Origin: Glaucostegus cemiculus
Taxonomy: Eukaryota
DNA length: 64,000 nucleotides
Reading direction: 5' to 3'
Assembly (NCBI GenBank): GCA_976551045.1
Contig: CDPCPM010000009.1
Coordinates: forward strand, 2,976,001 to 3,040,000
Each line of letters begins with the position of its first letter. Position 1 is the stretch's first letter. Below the pieces are notes generated by a model. That model was not told the DNA's origin, did not search any database, and saw nothing but the letters and a program-made list of their open reading frames with translations. A program made the translations under genes and the position numbers. Of the stretch, positions 34,646 to 47,362 are shown one piece after another.

Positions 34646-37600
34646 CCTCCATTGACAAGTAAGAAATGGTCCTTTAATCAAAGCAGCATATCTTGACAAA
34701 CATTTTTGCCTTCATGAATTATTAATTATCAACTTGTCTCTTGACTAGATATAGCTGCTGTTGATACAAAAAAATTGATACTACAGCTTTATTTAAATTT
34801 TGTATTAAGCAAAACTGAAAGCCTTATTCAATAAGTTGCCCTTACTGAGGGGAAAAAAATTGTCTAATTATTACCAGCCTTTAGTGTTAGAAATTCTATG
34901 CCATGAAGTATGAACATGATAATTTTGTCAGTGGCAGTTGAGCCAATTGTGCATCAGAGAGTGGTAAGTCTTGGACACACACCGCTTGATCCCTCCATTC
35001 TCTGAGTTCATGTTCTTTGTTACAGTAAAGTATTAGTTTCATAGGCAATCAAAGAAGTTGATAAAGGAACTGGCGCTCTGGAAATCACTTTATTTAATAA
35101 CTGAGTAATAAGGAATGCAGTATTTCTGCTGAAATAGCAGCTCTGTTTTTAAATCTAATTTTGCCAAGAAGGTTTTTACAAATATATTTCATTTATTTTT
35201 CTTGAAAGAAGGGACTTAAGTAAGTGAAATATTCCTTAAAGTGTAATATGCTTCTTTAAGCTGCACCCAAGTTAGTGCATAATGGAACTTGGATTACTCA
35301 GTGTTTCATATCTCATTTAATTATTGGTGTTGCACCTTAACCTCATTGTCATACTTTCTTTCTCGATGTCAGTTTTTAAGATATAATGGAGGTTTCTTAA
35401 CTGAAAACCATATTTAAAAATTACTTTTGTTAATGTATATATATTTAATAGGAAAGACACCGTAATGCTCCCTGAATTTGGAAATGTATAAATTGACAAG
35501 TGCATAAAGAGCAGAATGATGCTTCAAAGTTGCAGGCTCTGACCAATGTTCTTTTAAGGCTCAGATTCAGTCTTAAAAATATCTTCATGTGCAACAGTGA
35601 AATGCTGCAGGCATTTAAGCAACCAGAGAGCTCTAATTACTTTAACCAGTATTTGAAGTAAATAAGGTGTTAAAGTGGAAGCATTTTATCTACCAGAAGC
35701 ACAGATAATTGTGATTTTTAAAATGAATGGTTGTATTAGACATTTGAATATGCCTTGCCTGCATTTTCTTAGTCCGTGTTTCAAAATTATAAATTGTAAT
35801 CACAATTGTATATTTTATGTCTAAATTATCGATACTTGTTTCCCTACATTTCAATAATTTGAAGTAAGACAAGAATAGGCACACATCCAGAATCTGACAT
35901 TCAATTACTAAGGCCTGCATGTGATCTTGTTGGACTAGATGTTTGCCTCAGTTAACCAAGCGCATTGAAGTTTTGTCACATGATGTGACAGCCTTAAAAA
36001 CATGCAATTGTACATCTGTAGGAATCATTAGAGTAAAATATTTCTTCAGCTTCTAAAGGCAAGGGGTTGTGGTTCATGTTAACAAATATACTCTGTTGGG
36101 GATGTATCTGAATGAAAAGAAAAAGAATGCTAGTGCTCACCTAGGACATAGCTTGTGACAGTGGAATGGCTGACGATATTATGATGTGTTTGTACTGCAA
36201 TTGTCTTAAGACTTCATATCTATTATGCACAACTTCACTACTGTAATAATTACTAATATGAGACTTTTTGCCATTTTATCAGAAGCCTTGCAGCCTTATT
36301 TATTAAGATTCATAAACTTTGGTGTATTGCAGGATCCATTTACTGTAGGTGTTTGTGTTTTATCATTGCTTTTTCACTTCCATTGTTAAAATGCTAATTT
36401 TCTCATGAATTACTTGCAGAAATGCTTGATTCCAATAATTCTGTATGAACTTAGCAGAAAAGATTTCTTATATCAATGGGTTTTGAAAAACAAAGAACTC
36501 TTGAGCAGCTTACTCTAATATGTAATTGCTAGCTATTTTTGAATAAGAAGAAGAGATTAAATTGAGGGAAAAATGACTTGTATTTCTTTCACAGAAGAAA
36601 TATGAAGCAATCTCCCAAATTTTTCATATCTACTTCTCTGACTTCAGGGGGGAAAAAAGTTGGCATTTGAAGTGAGATCTTATTTAATGTAAAATTTAAC
36701 TGATTGTGACCAGCTTCATATTTATTTATTTGTATTTATTTATTCTAAAGCAACATGAAGTATCTACCTTGCTATATTTTGTATTTGTTAAGATGTTCAA
36801 TTTCCATTCGATATGGAATATAGCTATAATATTTCATGGAGAGGTTCAATCAAAAATTACTTGAGCCATGTGTTGGAACCATGCTGTTTTCTTAATGTTT
36901 GAATGAAAAACATTTAAGTCATTTCATCAACTGGTCTTTAGACCGTAACATTTGGCAACTTAAGTACTGCATTCACAGAAACATGGCCCTAGCTCAGCCC
37001 ACTTTGTTAAATTGTGGGTTGTTTCTATGCTTGCGTTTACAAGTTTGAAACCAGAATATTTTCTGTTAGGATGCTTTTTACGAATTTACAGGAATAATAT
37101 AATGTTACAAATACTGCTCTAACATTGCTTAAAATGACCAGGCACACCATCCTTTAATAGAAATGAAGCCTACTCTAAAACAAAAATAAAAAAAAAAAAC
37201 ACAAAAGTTTGCCCTTGTGATGGGGGTTGGAATCTGTGAACTACCTAATTGGATATAATTTTGATGCAGTGAAAATCTATAATAATTCCGTTCACAAACA
37301 AAAATGAGAATCTTCTCTACTAGAAAAGTAAGAATGGCATCAGTAATAAGCAGCAGTTGGAGGACATCATGATGTGATCTGCCATGTAGGTGAATTAGCC
37401 ACATTACTTGGGCATCTTCAGTCATCTAATTTGTTAGAATTATGGAAAAAAGCATTAAATGCATGAAAGTCCTTTTATGAACTAAGTTTAGATGAGCTTA
37501 ATGCAATTCCTAGTCAGCAAAGACCCACACTATTAAATTGCACCTAATTTGATACTAAATGACAATCTCATTAAGTTGGCCAGTGGGAAGCAAAGAGATG

Positions 37601-38750
37601 TTGTTAGGTGTTCCAGGGTGTTGAGTTGTTTTATTATAAGGCAGAATATAATGTGCTTTAGTCTGTAGCTAGTAATATGGTATATGTGGTATGCTTAATA
37701 TACCATATACATATACCATATGAGTGCTTCAGATGGAAAGAATTTCATTCTACAACACTAATGTCTCCTGTATCTTGCTATTTGCATAAAAGGAAAACAG
37801 TAATGTTTTGTTACAAATGCTAGCTAAAACCACATTTGTTACCTGTGTCATAATCTAGTATAGTATCTCAGAAATCTGGAACAAAGGAGTAATATCTCAC
37901 AATGGCACTTAAATAAGATCTAACACCCGAAAAACATCTCAACGTACTTTACAGAAGTAGAATGCTTTTAAAAAAACTTCAACTATCTGGAGCTAAAATT
38001 CCAGAAACATCCAGGAAGACGAGCAGCATCCCCTGGGAAAGAGAACCTAAGTTTCAGGTGAAAGCCACTTAATGTGCATCAGACCTGAAACATGAACTCT
38101 TTCCAGTGTTCTGGAGAGGAGTGAGTGGAAAGCATACTTTGAACCTGAAATGGAAAAATGTTATTGAAGTAGGATATATATATATATATATATATCTATC
38201 TATCTCAAACTCCATTCTGATGCAAGTGCATTTCCTCCATCAGTGAATGAGAGCATAGGCTTAAAGCCCCTAAAGGAGGTCAGCTGCTTGTGTTGTCATC
38301 CCTAATGGGCATATTGCTGAGGGAGAAATCAAACAATTTCCCACCTTCATCAAAAAGAACACTTTTAGTGAATTGACCTTTGAACCCAGTTATCCTTTTG
38401 GTATGGGTCAGTTCTGAGACCTCCGATAATTCGCATTCCATTATTTTTCCTCTTGTATACAAAATTTCAATTTTATTCCAAATGCTTATTTAGTTAAAAT
38501 TGTAAATAGTAAGCATCAGCTTCTTGGAAAGTCCTACCTTTTGTAAGGCGCATCTGTAAATTTAATTTAAATAATTGCAGTTGATCATTAAGGATATTGA
38601 AATAGAGTCTAAATTTAATATTCCAATCTCATATTTTTAAAATTATCAAACCATTTATGCATTTTTCCTCCAAACTTGTAATTCATTTAGATCATTGAAT
38701 GTAATCTTGACTTGAGCTGTGTTTATCTGATTTTCTAATCCAGGTAATAG

Positions 38751-38764
38751 GTTGCCATGGAAAC
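38751..38764. promoter_or_regulatory. RFX X-box motif
   Basis: GTTGCCATGGAAAC, a near-perfect RFX palindrome. Motif match only. Confidence 0.4.
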
Positions 38765-41700
38765 TATGACCAAGACATTAAAGAGATGTGTCAGGTCAGG
38801 GGCAACATACCTCATTTGTGAAACAAATTAGATGTGTGACAGTACAACGCAAATGTAAAAATCAGGGCAGTTTTGGTCATAGCAACTACATTTAAAACAT
38901 AATTTTGCAAACCATACCACCCTCTTAAATACTGTGGACTTGTTTTTATTATTTATAGATTACAACGCCTGTTTCTTTTGGAATCCTATTTTATTTATCT
39001 TCACATAGAGAAAATAAATATTCTTTAATATTTTAGAGAAAAGACTGAAGTAGACAAAATTGTCTTCAGCAGACATCCAATTGAATCACCATCATTATTT
39101 TTGCTCATCTCACAGTTCCTGAGGTTAATTTGAAGTGACGTTGATTCACTATTTTTATCCAGAATGTGTGCCTAGCCTTTCAAAATACTGTTACTGTGTA
39201 AGCATTCTTACCGTTATAAAAAAAGAATGATATCATTTTAAAATCTAAATCTATTTCAAAATATTTATGATAGGTTGAAGTTTATAATATGTTTCTATAT
39301 GTTTAAATAGAGCAGTGACTTGTAACAGTGTGGTATTTTTAAAATATTTACAAACACTTATCTCTTTCAATAACTACTGTTATTTCTCTGCTCTATTCCC
39401 TATAATAAGTAACACTTTAATTCTTTTTACTTTCTAATTTATTCATCTTTTGCTGTCATGCAAGTGTTTTTTTTTTATTTAAAAAAAAGTCTGTCTTTTC
39501 TAACACACAAAGATCTTTTAATATCATAATTTATATGTGTCTATGTTGTCACTAGGCTTATTTATTGTGTTGGTACCAACAAGCTTGGGAAATTTGGTAT
39601 TTAATATATTGTCCCGCTGTGCGAGTGCACACAAGATAATCCTTCATCTTGATCACCAGTGATGGCACAGCAGCCATTAGAATTTAGTATTCCATAATTC
39701 TGAAGGCTCTTTAAAAATGCAGCTCTATTTTGAGAACACTGAATTTCTTGTTGTGTTCAGAATATTTGTCACATTAGTGAACATAATACAGTTGTTTCTT
39801 GCTGCAACCATCTTTTATTGAGATCCTAGCAACAGTGTTGCCTCGAGTCATCTTGTGTGTAATTGTATTTGATCTTTCATTGTAAGCCTGAAATTGTTCA
39901 TAAATTGATATTGAAGCCAGTTTATCATTGCTCTGCATTTCAGTTAAAGTATCAAAGTTAGACACTTTTTTTTGACTACTACTATTTTGTTTTTGGTTAG
40001 ATCAGAGGGTAGGAACTTTGAGCAGTCAAACCATTTAGCGATCCATCACGGAGTATAGTAAACATTACTGTAAATTGCTTACCTTCGTGTGGTGCACAAA
40101 ATATATGTTGGAAAAGTAGCATTTGTGTAAAATTATTTCTGTAATACTAAGATTCAGTGGACAGTGACTGATTTCCCATGAACTATTAATTTGATCAAGG
40201 CCAATAGGAAAAACTGAGTTACGCAAGTAATCAGTTAACTTGCAGTTAAACCAGAAAATTATAATGGGGTGTATGTGTGTTGAGGCAAGGGACACTGGGA
40301 TGGCATAGAAGTTGAACTGCAGATTTTGGTACAGCTTAGCTAGTGATAGCAAGTGTTGAGTTAAGGGTATTTTGAACTAAAAACTATTGTTTTTAATTTG
40401 ATTATGGTGGTTATAATGAGCATTTTGGACCTAGTTTATAGTTTAGCATAATTGAATCTGCAATGATAATAACAGCTGCTTCAGAGATTTTAAGAAAATC
40501 TGGCTTCAGTATTGACTGAACACATCAGGTTGGTCAGAATAATTTGTCAATTTATTAGAGATGTACATGCTTCTGGTTTCAAAGCAGAAAATCTATTGAA
40601 GCATTTCAATTGTGTTTTTATCCAAGGTTATAACTGCCACTAGTTTCCAGTTCTATGGTGTGTGCAATATATTAATGATGTAACATTTCTCAGTGTTACA
40701 TTTTAAAATGCATCTACTAATTCAGATATTCTCCATAGAGTGGCAAACAGTAAAAAGGTGTGCTATTCTCAAGGTAGGGGGAAAATATTGACAGAATGGT
40801 AGGTTTTGTTTCTTTTTGATGTGTATATCATGTATGCATTGATTAGTTTCATAAGCAGCTTGAAACTCAGGTATTTTTCTCACCATTTTCTCCATCAGTT
40901 TCTGTCTACCCTATAGCTTTCCCAGAAGAATTTTTATTCTTGCAGAAGCCTTGACCATGAACTTTGACAAGCAGTTAGCAGTGGCTGTCAACTCAGCAGA
41001 GCTTGATTCTTCCTTCACTGAAATAAAGCCCAAAAATCAACTTTAGCAACCTTAACTGAAGTTTTAATTTGAGCTTTGTTTTCTGCAACATTTCTTGAAT
41101 TGGTTAATGTAGTAAGAAATGAATGGAGCCATGTGTGAAAAGACTGCTTAAAAATGTAGAATTTTTAAACTCCCCAGTTGCTTTCTACAATCCTGCTGCC
41201 TTCATGTAGTTTCCATTATTCTGCTGCTTAGTTCAATACTTGTTGAGGTTCCTTCTTCAGCCACAAATGCCTGTTTCATTTTAAGACATGAACATTTTGT
41301 AGTGATGTGGCCAATCTTTTCTTTATATAAAATGACATTTTATGACAACATGTTAGGGAAAGATAGAAGATAATAAACACTGCCATTTGCGATTAAATAC
41401 CAATATCTGCAATTTGTACCTTATTATTCCTAACAACAAATGAGATGAGATTGTGTCAGTGCCAGAAGTCAAGATGCAAGTTGTATCGTGTGACTCCTCA
41501 TTACATTTTCTAATGATACCACTTGTTAGCTAAATAGTTAATCCAAACAAATGGAGATATGTCCCATTGTAAAGGCAGGCTCTGTTGATTGCAGACAGTT
41601 TCCAGTGATGTCACTAACTTGTCACAATTACAATATCCCTACAAAATACAAAAGATATTTCACAAAAATTACATTGGTTTGTGTGGGACTACAATGAACA

Positions 41701-44519
41701 CACACAGAAGTGTAAAGTAACCGTTTTAAAATGATGGAGTGAGATGGAAGAGCTGCATGAACAATCACCACCTGCATGGACATCAAAGAAACAAACCCTA
41801 TTTGATTTTGTAACTGTTATTTCAGTTGTGGTAGCACGTATACTGTTTTCATGTTAACTGCAAGAAGAATAAGTGACTTTTAAAAAAAAAACACCTAATA
41901 CAGTTTTTGGAAAAAGAAACCCTCAGGGACATTTGACACACTACTTCAACCATTTACTTAGTGCAGGTACTTTAAACTAGATGATTAAGTGATGCCACAT
42001 TTTTTTGGTGAATGTTGATTTTTACTCGGTTTAACAAAACTTGATCTGCCAAGCTGAAGCTGCATTTTTTCTACATTGTGCCTCTGACATTTTATAGTGG
42101 CATTCTGTCTCCACAATTGTATATATCTGTACAGACTTCTTGGGCTCTGTTTTCTGAACAAACCATATTTCAAAAGTGCTGTTTACAACATTAAAGTGTA
42201 TGTAGAAATTCTACTCTTTACAGTTGCCAATTTTTGTAGTTGGGGCTTAAGGGACAAACAATGTCAAAGGAGATAACTTGTCTCATCAAGTGTGCTGGTT
42301 AAAGGCTCCTCTGTGATAATCCACTGATTCAATTTTCCTGTCCTTTTAATATTTTGCTGCTTCAGGTATCTGTCAAATTCTTTCTAGTAACTGATTTTTG
42401 CTTTAATTAGTAAGAGAAAATCATTTTATTAACTTCTTGAATGATGACCTTCACACCTTTTTTTGTTGCTTTTAGAACTCTCCACCATGTACTAAATTAT
42501 TGGCCAATACAAATAGTAGTTTAAATTTAAATCTATTATTTTGCTTGTAGTTTGTACTAGTTCCTCCCCCTTTCAGTTCAGTTTGAGTGAATTTGGTCCT
42601 GGTGTTCTTTGTACATGGTATTATTTTAGAAAATCTCTGTTGTTAACACACCACAATACTAAGAAGTACCAAGCAATATATAAAGCTCTGCTTCAATGAA
42701 CAAGTTACCTGAGATTTGCAAGCATTCTTTGGGGTGAACAGTTCTGTAGGTAGAATCAATGATCTTTATATTGCAAATTTCAAAACTCTGATTTTTGTTT
42801 TCTGTTTTTCTTAAACTCCCAACCCCTCCACCAGGGTCACTATAGGTGCACCTTTTAACAGTTTTTAAATCCATCTTATAAAATAGACAAGGAATTGATG
42901 CAGTAGTAGCACACATTATCTGGCTTGTACTTCTTCAAAAAGGCCTTGTTTCAATTTTGTAAATGCCAAAATTATCTGAACTGTAATTGTATTTCTTGAG
43001 GTTAGTGGCCCTGAAATTAGTCATTCCTGCCTTGCCCAGCATAATGCTGTAAGTATAATGACTTGTGTTTGTTAATTAGTTTAATACTTGAATTGGTCCA
43101 ATAGTTTTGAAACTCAAGTCTGGTACAGTGACTTTATTTGCCCTTCATTCTTCAGATAGCAGTGGTCAGGAGATGTGTTGATTGGATTTCCATGTTGCAC
43201 GTTAATTTTCGTGAATCACATATCAAAATATTGAGCAAGTCATGCTGCTATTTTAGAATCAGAGCATTATCCTGCTCATTATATCATATGTAAATTGTGT
43301 CCCTTCCTCTGTTCCAATACAAAGTAACTTAACTAAAGTTTCTGGTATGTTAACACTCTAGAGATATGTTTTCCTCTGTTTTGCAGACTTGGTGTCTGCG
43401 GGTAATGGTAATCACTTGCAAGAAATTCACTGTCAGTTTTAGTTGCAAAGTAAATATTTTAAAAATGTTGGGAATCTGATGTAAAAGCTACATGGGCTTG
43501 GTAATTATCTAGAGGAACCAAAACAGAGGTTAATTCAGACGGTGCTCAACACCCAAACTCGTGGCCCCATCAAAAATGGCAACAAAACTCTCAAACTCGT
43601 GTTGATCAGTATCAAATATGCTGTTAATGTCTTAAATATACTACTTTTATTATCAAAAGCAGATTACCTCAATCTCACATTTCAGGAATTTTTACTAGTT
43701 TTGACTGTAATTCAGTGCAAATTAAGCTGCTAACAAATTGAGTTGGGAATGTGTGTATGTGATGTTAAGCCCTCCCTTAGTAACCTGGATATTGATTTAC
43801 TGCAAGGGTTTCCTTTAACATTTTATTAAGGATCATAATCTTGGGCAGTGACTTTCTTAAGGGTTGTTAGTCTCTCCCTCTTTGTATGTATCCTGGGTTG
43901 GCCATGAGACAGGAGTAGGCTTATGATTTAAAGTCCAGTAGCATGGAGTCACAATTCTTCTGAGGTGCACACATGACCACAAAGTAATCCAGCTGGGGTC
44001 TGTGCAGTACTATCTTGAAAGTTCCTATGCTGCCCCAGTCTCAAACTAGCTCAACTTCTCCAATTCAGGTAATGTTCAAAAGAACGGGTGCCCATTTGGT
44101 CTGTTTGACCTCGTACAGTTTACAGCCTGAAAAAGGTGTATAATTTTGAAAGCTTATTTTGCAGTTGTTTATAAATGTATTTCTTAAATCTTTGTCCATT
44201 TATTATCAATGTCTTGTACAGCTGTTGTGGCACTTATTTTTTGCACTATTAATTGATTTGTTAAAAATGCAAATTAATTTCAACTGGAAAATACCCCATG
44301 TCTTACTATAAGTGACCAGTAATTTTAGATCTTTTTGTAATTTGTGTCGTTGTTTGCCTTGTAAAGTATGTTGGAAAACAGATTCTGTCACCGTGCATGT
44401 AGAAATTTTTGATTGTTATTACGAAAGTTTTAACAAGTAAAAAAAAGTTCTAACTGTATTGTGTTTGCAGTATTCACTGGTTGCTAGGTTCAGTTTCAGT
44501 ACGAAAACACTATTCTTCT

Positions 44520-44525
44520 AATAAA
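44520..44525 (+). terminator. Candidate distal polyadenylation signal for LCOR
   Basis: AATAAA with several TGTA motifs upstream (44137-44460) and ttttgtttgtt immediately after. A second AATAAA lies at 44711-44716. Confidence 0.45.
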
Positions 44526-45330
44526 TTTTGTTTGTTAAACTTTATGCTGTCTGTTAAATTTCTTTTGATCCTCAAAACTGAATTTGTATATCCTCTTGAA
44601 CATTTTGTTATCACTCTCACCATAGCACAGTGTTCTGGCACTCTTCCCACTGAAGTTGAACTTTGAAGCAGTTCATTTGCATATGATCCTCATCCCTGAA
44701 TTTGACTTTCAATAAAGTTTATTTTGGAGATGCTTAATGTGGCACCAGGAGAAGCAGAAAATGTGTGCGTATGCAAATGATAAAGCTGTGTTGTTCAGGC
44801 TCTGGTAACCATTAATGTTAAAGGCAATAACTATTAAAACTCAGGATGGTTTGGATTCTTAATTCCGGCTTCAAAATTTAACAATATTAAAATACAGTGA
44901 TGGTTCGTTTCTCCTGCCTTTGGTTTTCTGTGGCTTAATGTTAGTATAAAGTTATTGTCTCTTGGGTTGTTTAATTCATTGTAAGTATTGCGGAAAGAAA
45001 AGTTTTACTTGGATATGTTGCCAAAAATCTTGTGGGCTGTCAGTCAGAAGATTTTATTAACTGAATGTTTGATTAATTTTAACTTTATGAAGTTATTGTG
45101 AATGTTTCTCAGCATATATACGACATATCTTGAGAAATATTCTACTTTACTGATACTTAACTTACAAAATCTGTTCCCACCCCTCGGTCCCAGATTACTC
45201 CTACGAATGACAGCTACCACTTAAATGCCCTAGTTTTACCCAGCTCCATACAATGCCAAGTTTGATAGGACATTTAATAATTTAACTGTCTTTTTCATCA
45301 TTCAAATGTAGATAGTATGCAAAATGTGTA

Positions 45331-45493
45331 GACATAAGAGGCTGCAGATGCTGGAGTAACAAGCAATCTGCTGGAGAAACTGGGTCAAACGGAATCTGTG
45401 GGTGGGGAAGGAATTGTCCTTATGTAGGGTTTAGACCCATTCCTTTTCTTCCGCAGATGCTGCTCAACCTGCTGACTTCCTCCAGCAGATTGT
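45331..45493. repeat. Palindromic Penelope-derived short element
   Basis: caatctgctggag ... ctccagcagattg inverted arms; same family as 17560-17752. Confidence 0.72.
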
Positions 45494-45577
45494 GTTTTTT
45501 TTAATAAACAAAATGTGTAGTTGTCATTTAAAGAAAATTATGCGGAAAAACAAAGTACTTCTATGGAATACAATTTG

Positions 45578-45580
<3 letters not shown>

Positions 45581-45660
<80 letters not shown>
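45581..45660. repeat. (AC)40 microsatellite
   Basis: Perfect 80-nt AC run. Confidence 0.99.
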
Positions 45661-45662
<2 letters not shown>

Positions 45663-47053
45663 TTTACTAATTCATGATGTATGTCTTTTTTTTTAAAGCC
45701 ATTGAGAGTGGAGTGATGTTAGCATTTTGTGAAGTAAGATAGTCATATTTCTTCCCATATACTTTGGGTTAAACTTTATCACTAAACTGATGCTCTTCTT
45801 TCCCTCTTATGAAGGTGTTGCTCATGGTGCATTATAGCATGGATAGCTAGCGACAGCATTATAAAGTAAGCAAAATAATAACAATGTAATTTAAGATGTG
45901 TTTACTCCTGTTGGGAGTCACATTTCTTGGTGGTAGCAAAAGAATAATGGCTGCCTTTGGTAGCAAGTCAGCATCATTATACCTTGGTATTATTTTTTCC
46001 AGCATGTCCCCATATTACAAAAGTTATGTTTCTGGCTGTGTGTATTTGTGAGAAGTGGGTTGAGGGGGTGGTGGTGATGTGAGGGGCAGCTACTCTTTGA
46101 ATCTCAGAGAATGCATACCAGAAAGACCCAGTTGAGAATACAGTTTGGAGTTACTGCACCTGTGCAGGATCTGTACCCTCAAATTTAGAGCAACCATACG
46201 TGTGTGCGTTTACCTGCTAGTGAATCCCATCTTGTATTAAGATGGGAGATTTCAGCAACAAGGTTTAGAAGACACAGTTAAGTCTGAAATGATTGGTATT
46301 CAGAAATGAGCCCACTGGAATTGAATAAGTAATACTATTTCATCAAAGTCATCACAAGTAGCATTTTATAAGCAGTTTGCAAATGTAAAATAGCTTATAC
46401 AATGTCATTTCTTAACAAGTGAGAATTCTTGACAGAAACGTTTAGAAAATGCCCATATCTTTGTCACACGCTAATCCAAGGTGAATCATCTTAAAACTTA
46501 TGGGCCTTGAAAGCATAGTAACCTCTACAACAGCGCACAGAGCATTAGCAAAAATAAATAATTCAAGACCCAACAAATTGTATTTTTGTTTTCTAAAATA
46601 ATTTTGTTATTGGGAGCTGGTAATACTGGTAAGGATACGTTTATTGTTTATTCCCTTGTGGCCCATAGAAGTTGCTATTATCCCTGTGTTGATGCTCCCA
46701 TAGTGGTGCAGGGAATTCTAAGATGCACGGATAATGGATGAACTGAAATATATGTACATTAATGGAGTGGCGTTACTTGATGGTTACTTTGAGACAGTGC
46801 TGTCATACTAACCTTGAGTTGTAGGTAGTGGAAAGGATAGATATTGAATCCACCAGCAGGGGCACTGGTCAAACAGTGCTCTGTTCCACATGGCGTGTTG
46901 CTGTAGCTCCACACTTCCGGATTTTTGAATTTGTAAATAGTGTAAAGCTTTTATAATTAGTGCAGTGCTCCTATGTCTTATGACTAATAAGACAATTTTG
47001 AAATTTGGAACCAACCTGGTGAAATTTGGGCACAGAATTTTTTAAGAAAAAAG

Positions 47054-47362
47054 TCAAGGCTGACACTCCTGGTACAGTACTGAGAAGAAGCTGAATTGTT
47101 AGAAGAGCTCTAGCCTTTAGACAAGATGGAATTAGGACAATATTTAGCTTCCCAGGTGGACACAGGTTCCTGGTACCCTGCCTCAACCAGTACCATTAAA
47201 ATAGACTATGTGGCTTGTATCACGCTACTGTTAGTGGGATCTTGCTGTTTGCAAATTGGCTGCACAATGTTTCCCCACATTGCAATACCTCAGAAAGTAC
47301 TTCATTGTGTTTGAAGCAGTTTAGGATGTCCTGAGGCCATGAAAGGTGCAACTATAAATATA
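47054..47362 (+). mobile_element. Deu-domain SINE (SacSINE1/AmnSINE1-like)
   Basis: ggctgacactcctggtacagtactgaga (Deu core) and tail gtgggatcttgctgtttgcaaattggctgc...aagtacttcattg...ggatgtcctgagg..gaaaggtgc. Further tail remnants at about 20740-20825, 52320-52560 and 57690-57850. Confidence 0.7.

Larger units (their letters stand above)
30200..44545 (+). other. LCOR: Probable long LCOR 3'UTR (also intronic for the PALI1 isoform)
   Basis: AT-rich and much poorer in transposons than the flanking introns. It ends in a TGTA-rich zone with AATAAA and a downstream U/GU-rich tract. The end point is inferred. Confidence 0.5.

Noticed and set aside
40678-40701. Hairpin ATGTAACA/TGTTACAT containing CAGTGT, a possible iron-responsive element
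   Set aside because: CAGTGT is not in the apical loop of a 5-bp stem with a C bulge.
45492-45677. ORF with (TH)n repeat
   Set aside because: It is a translation of the (AC)40 microsatellite.
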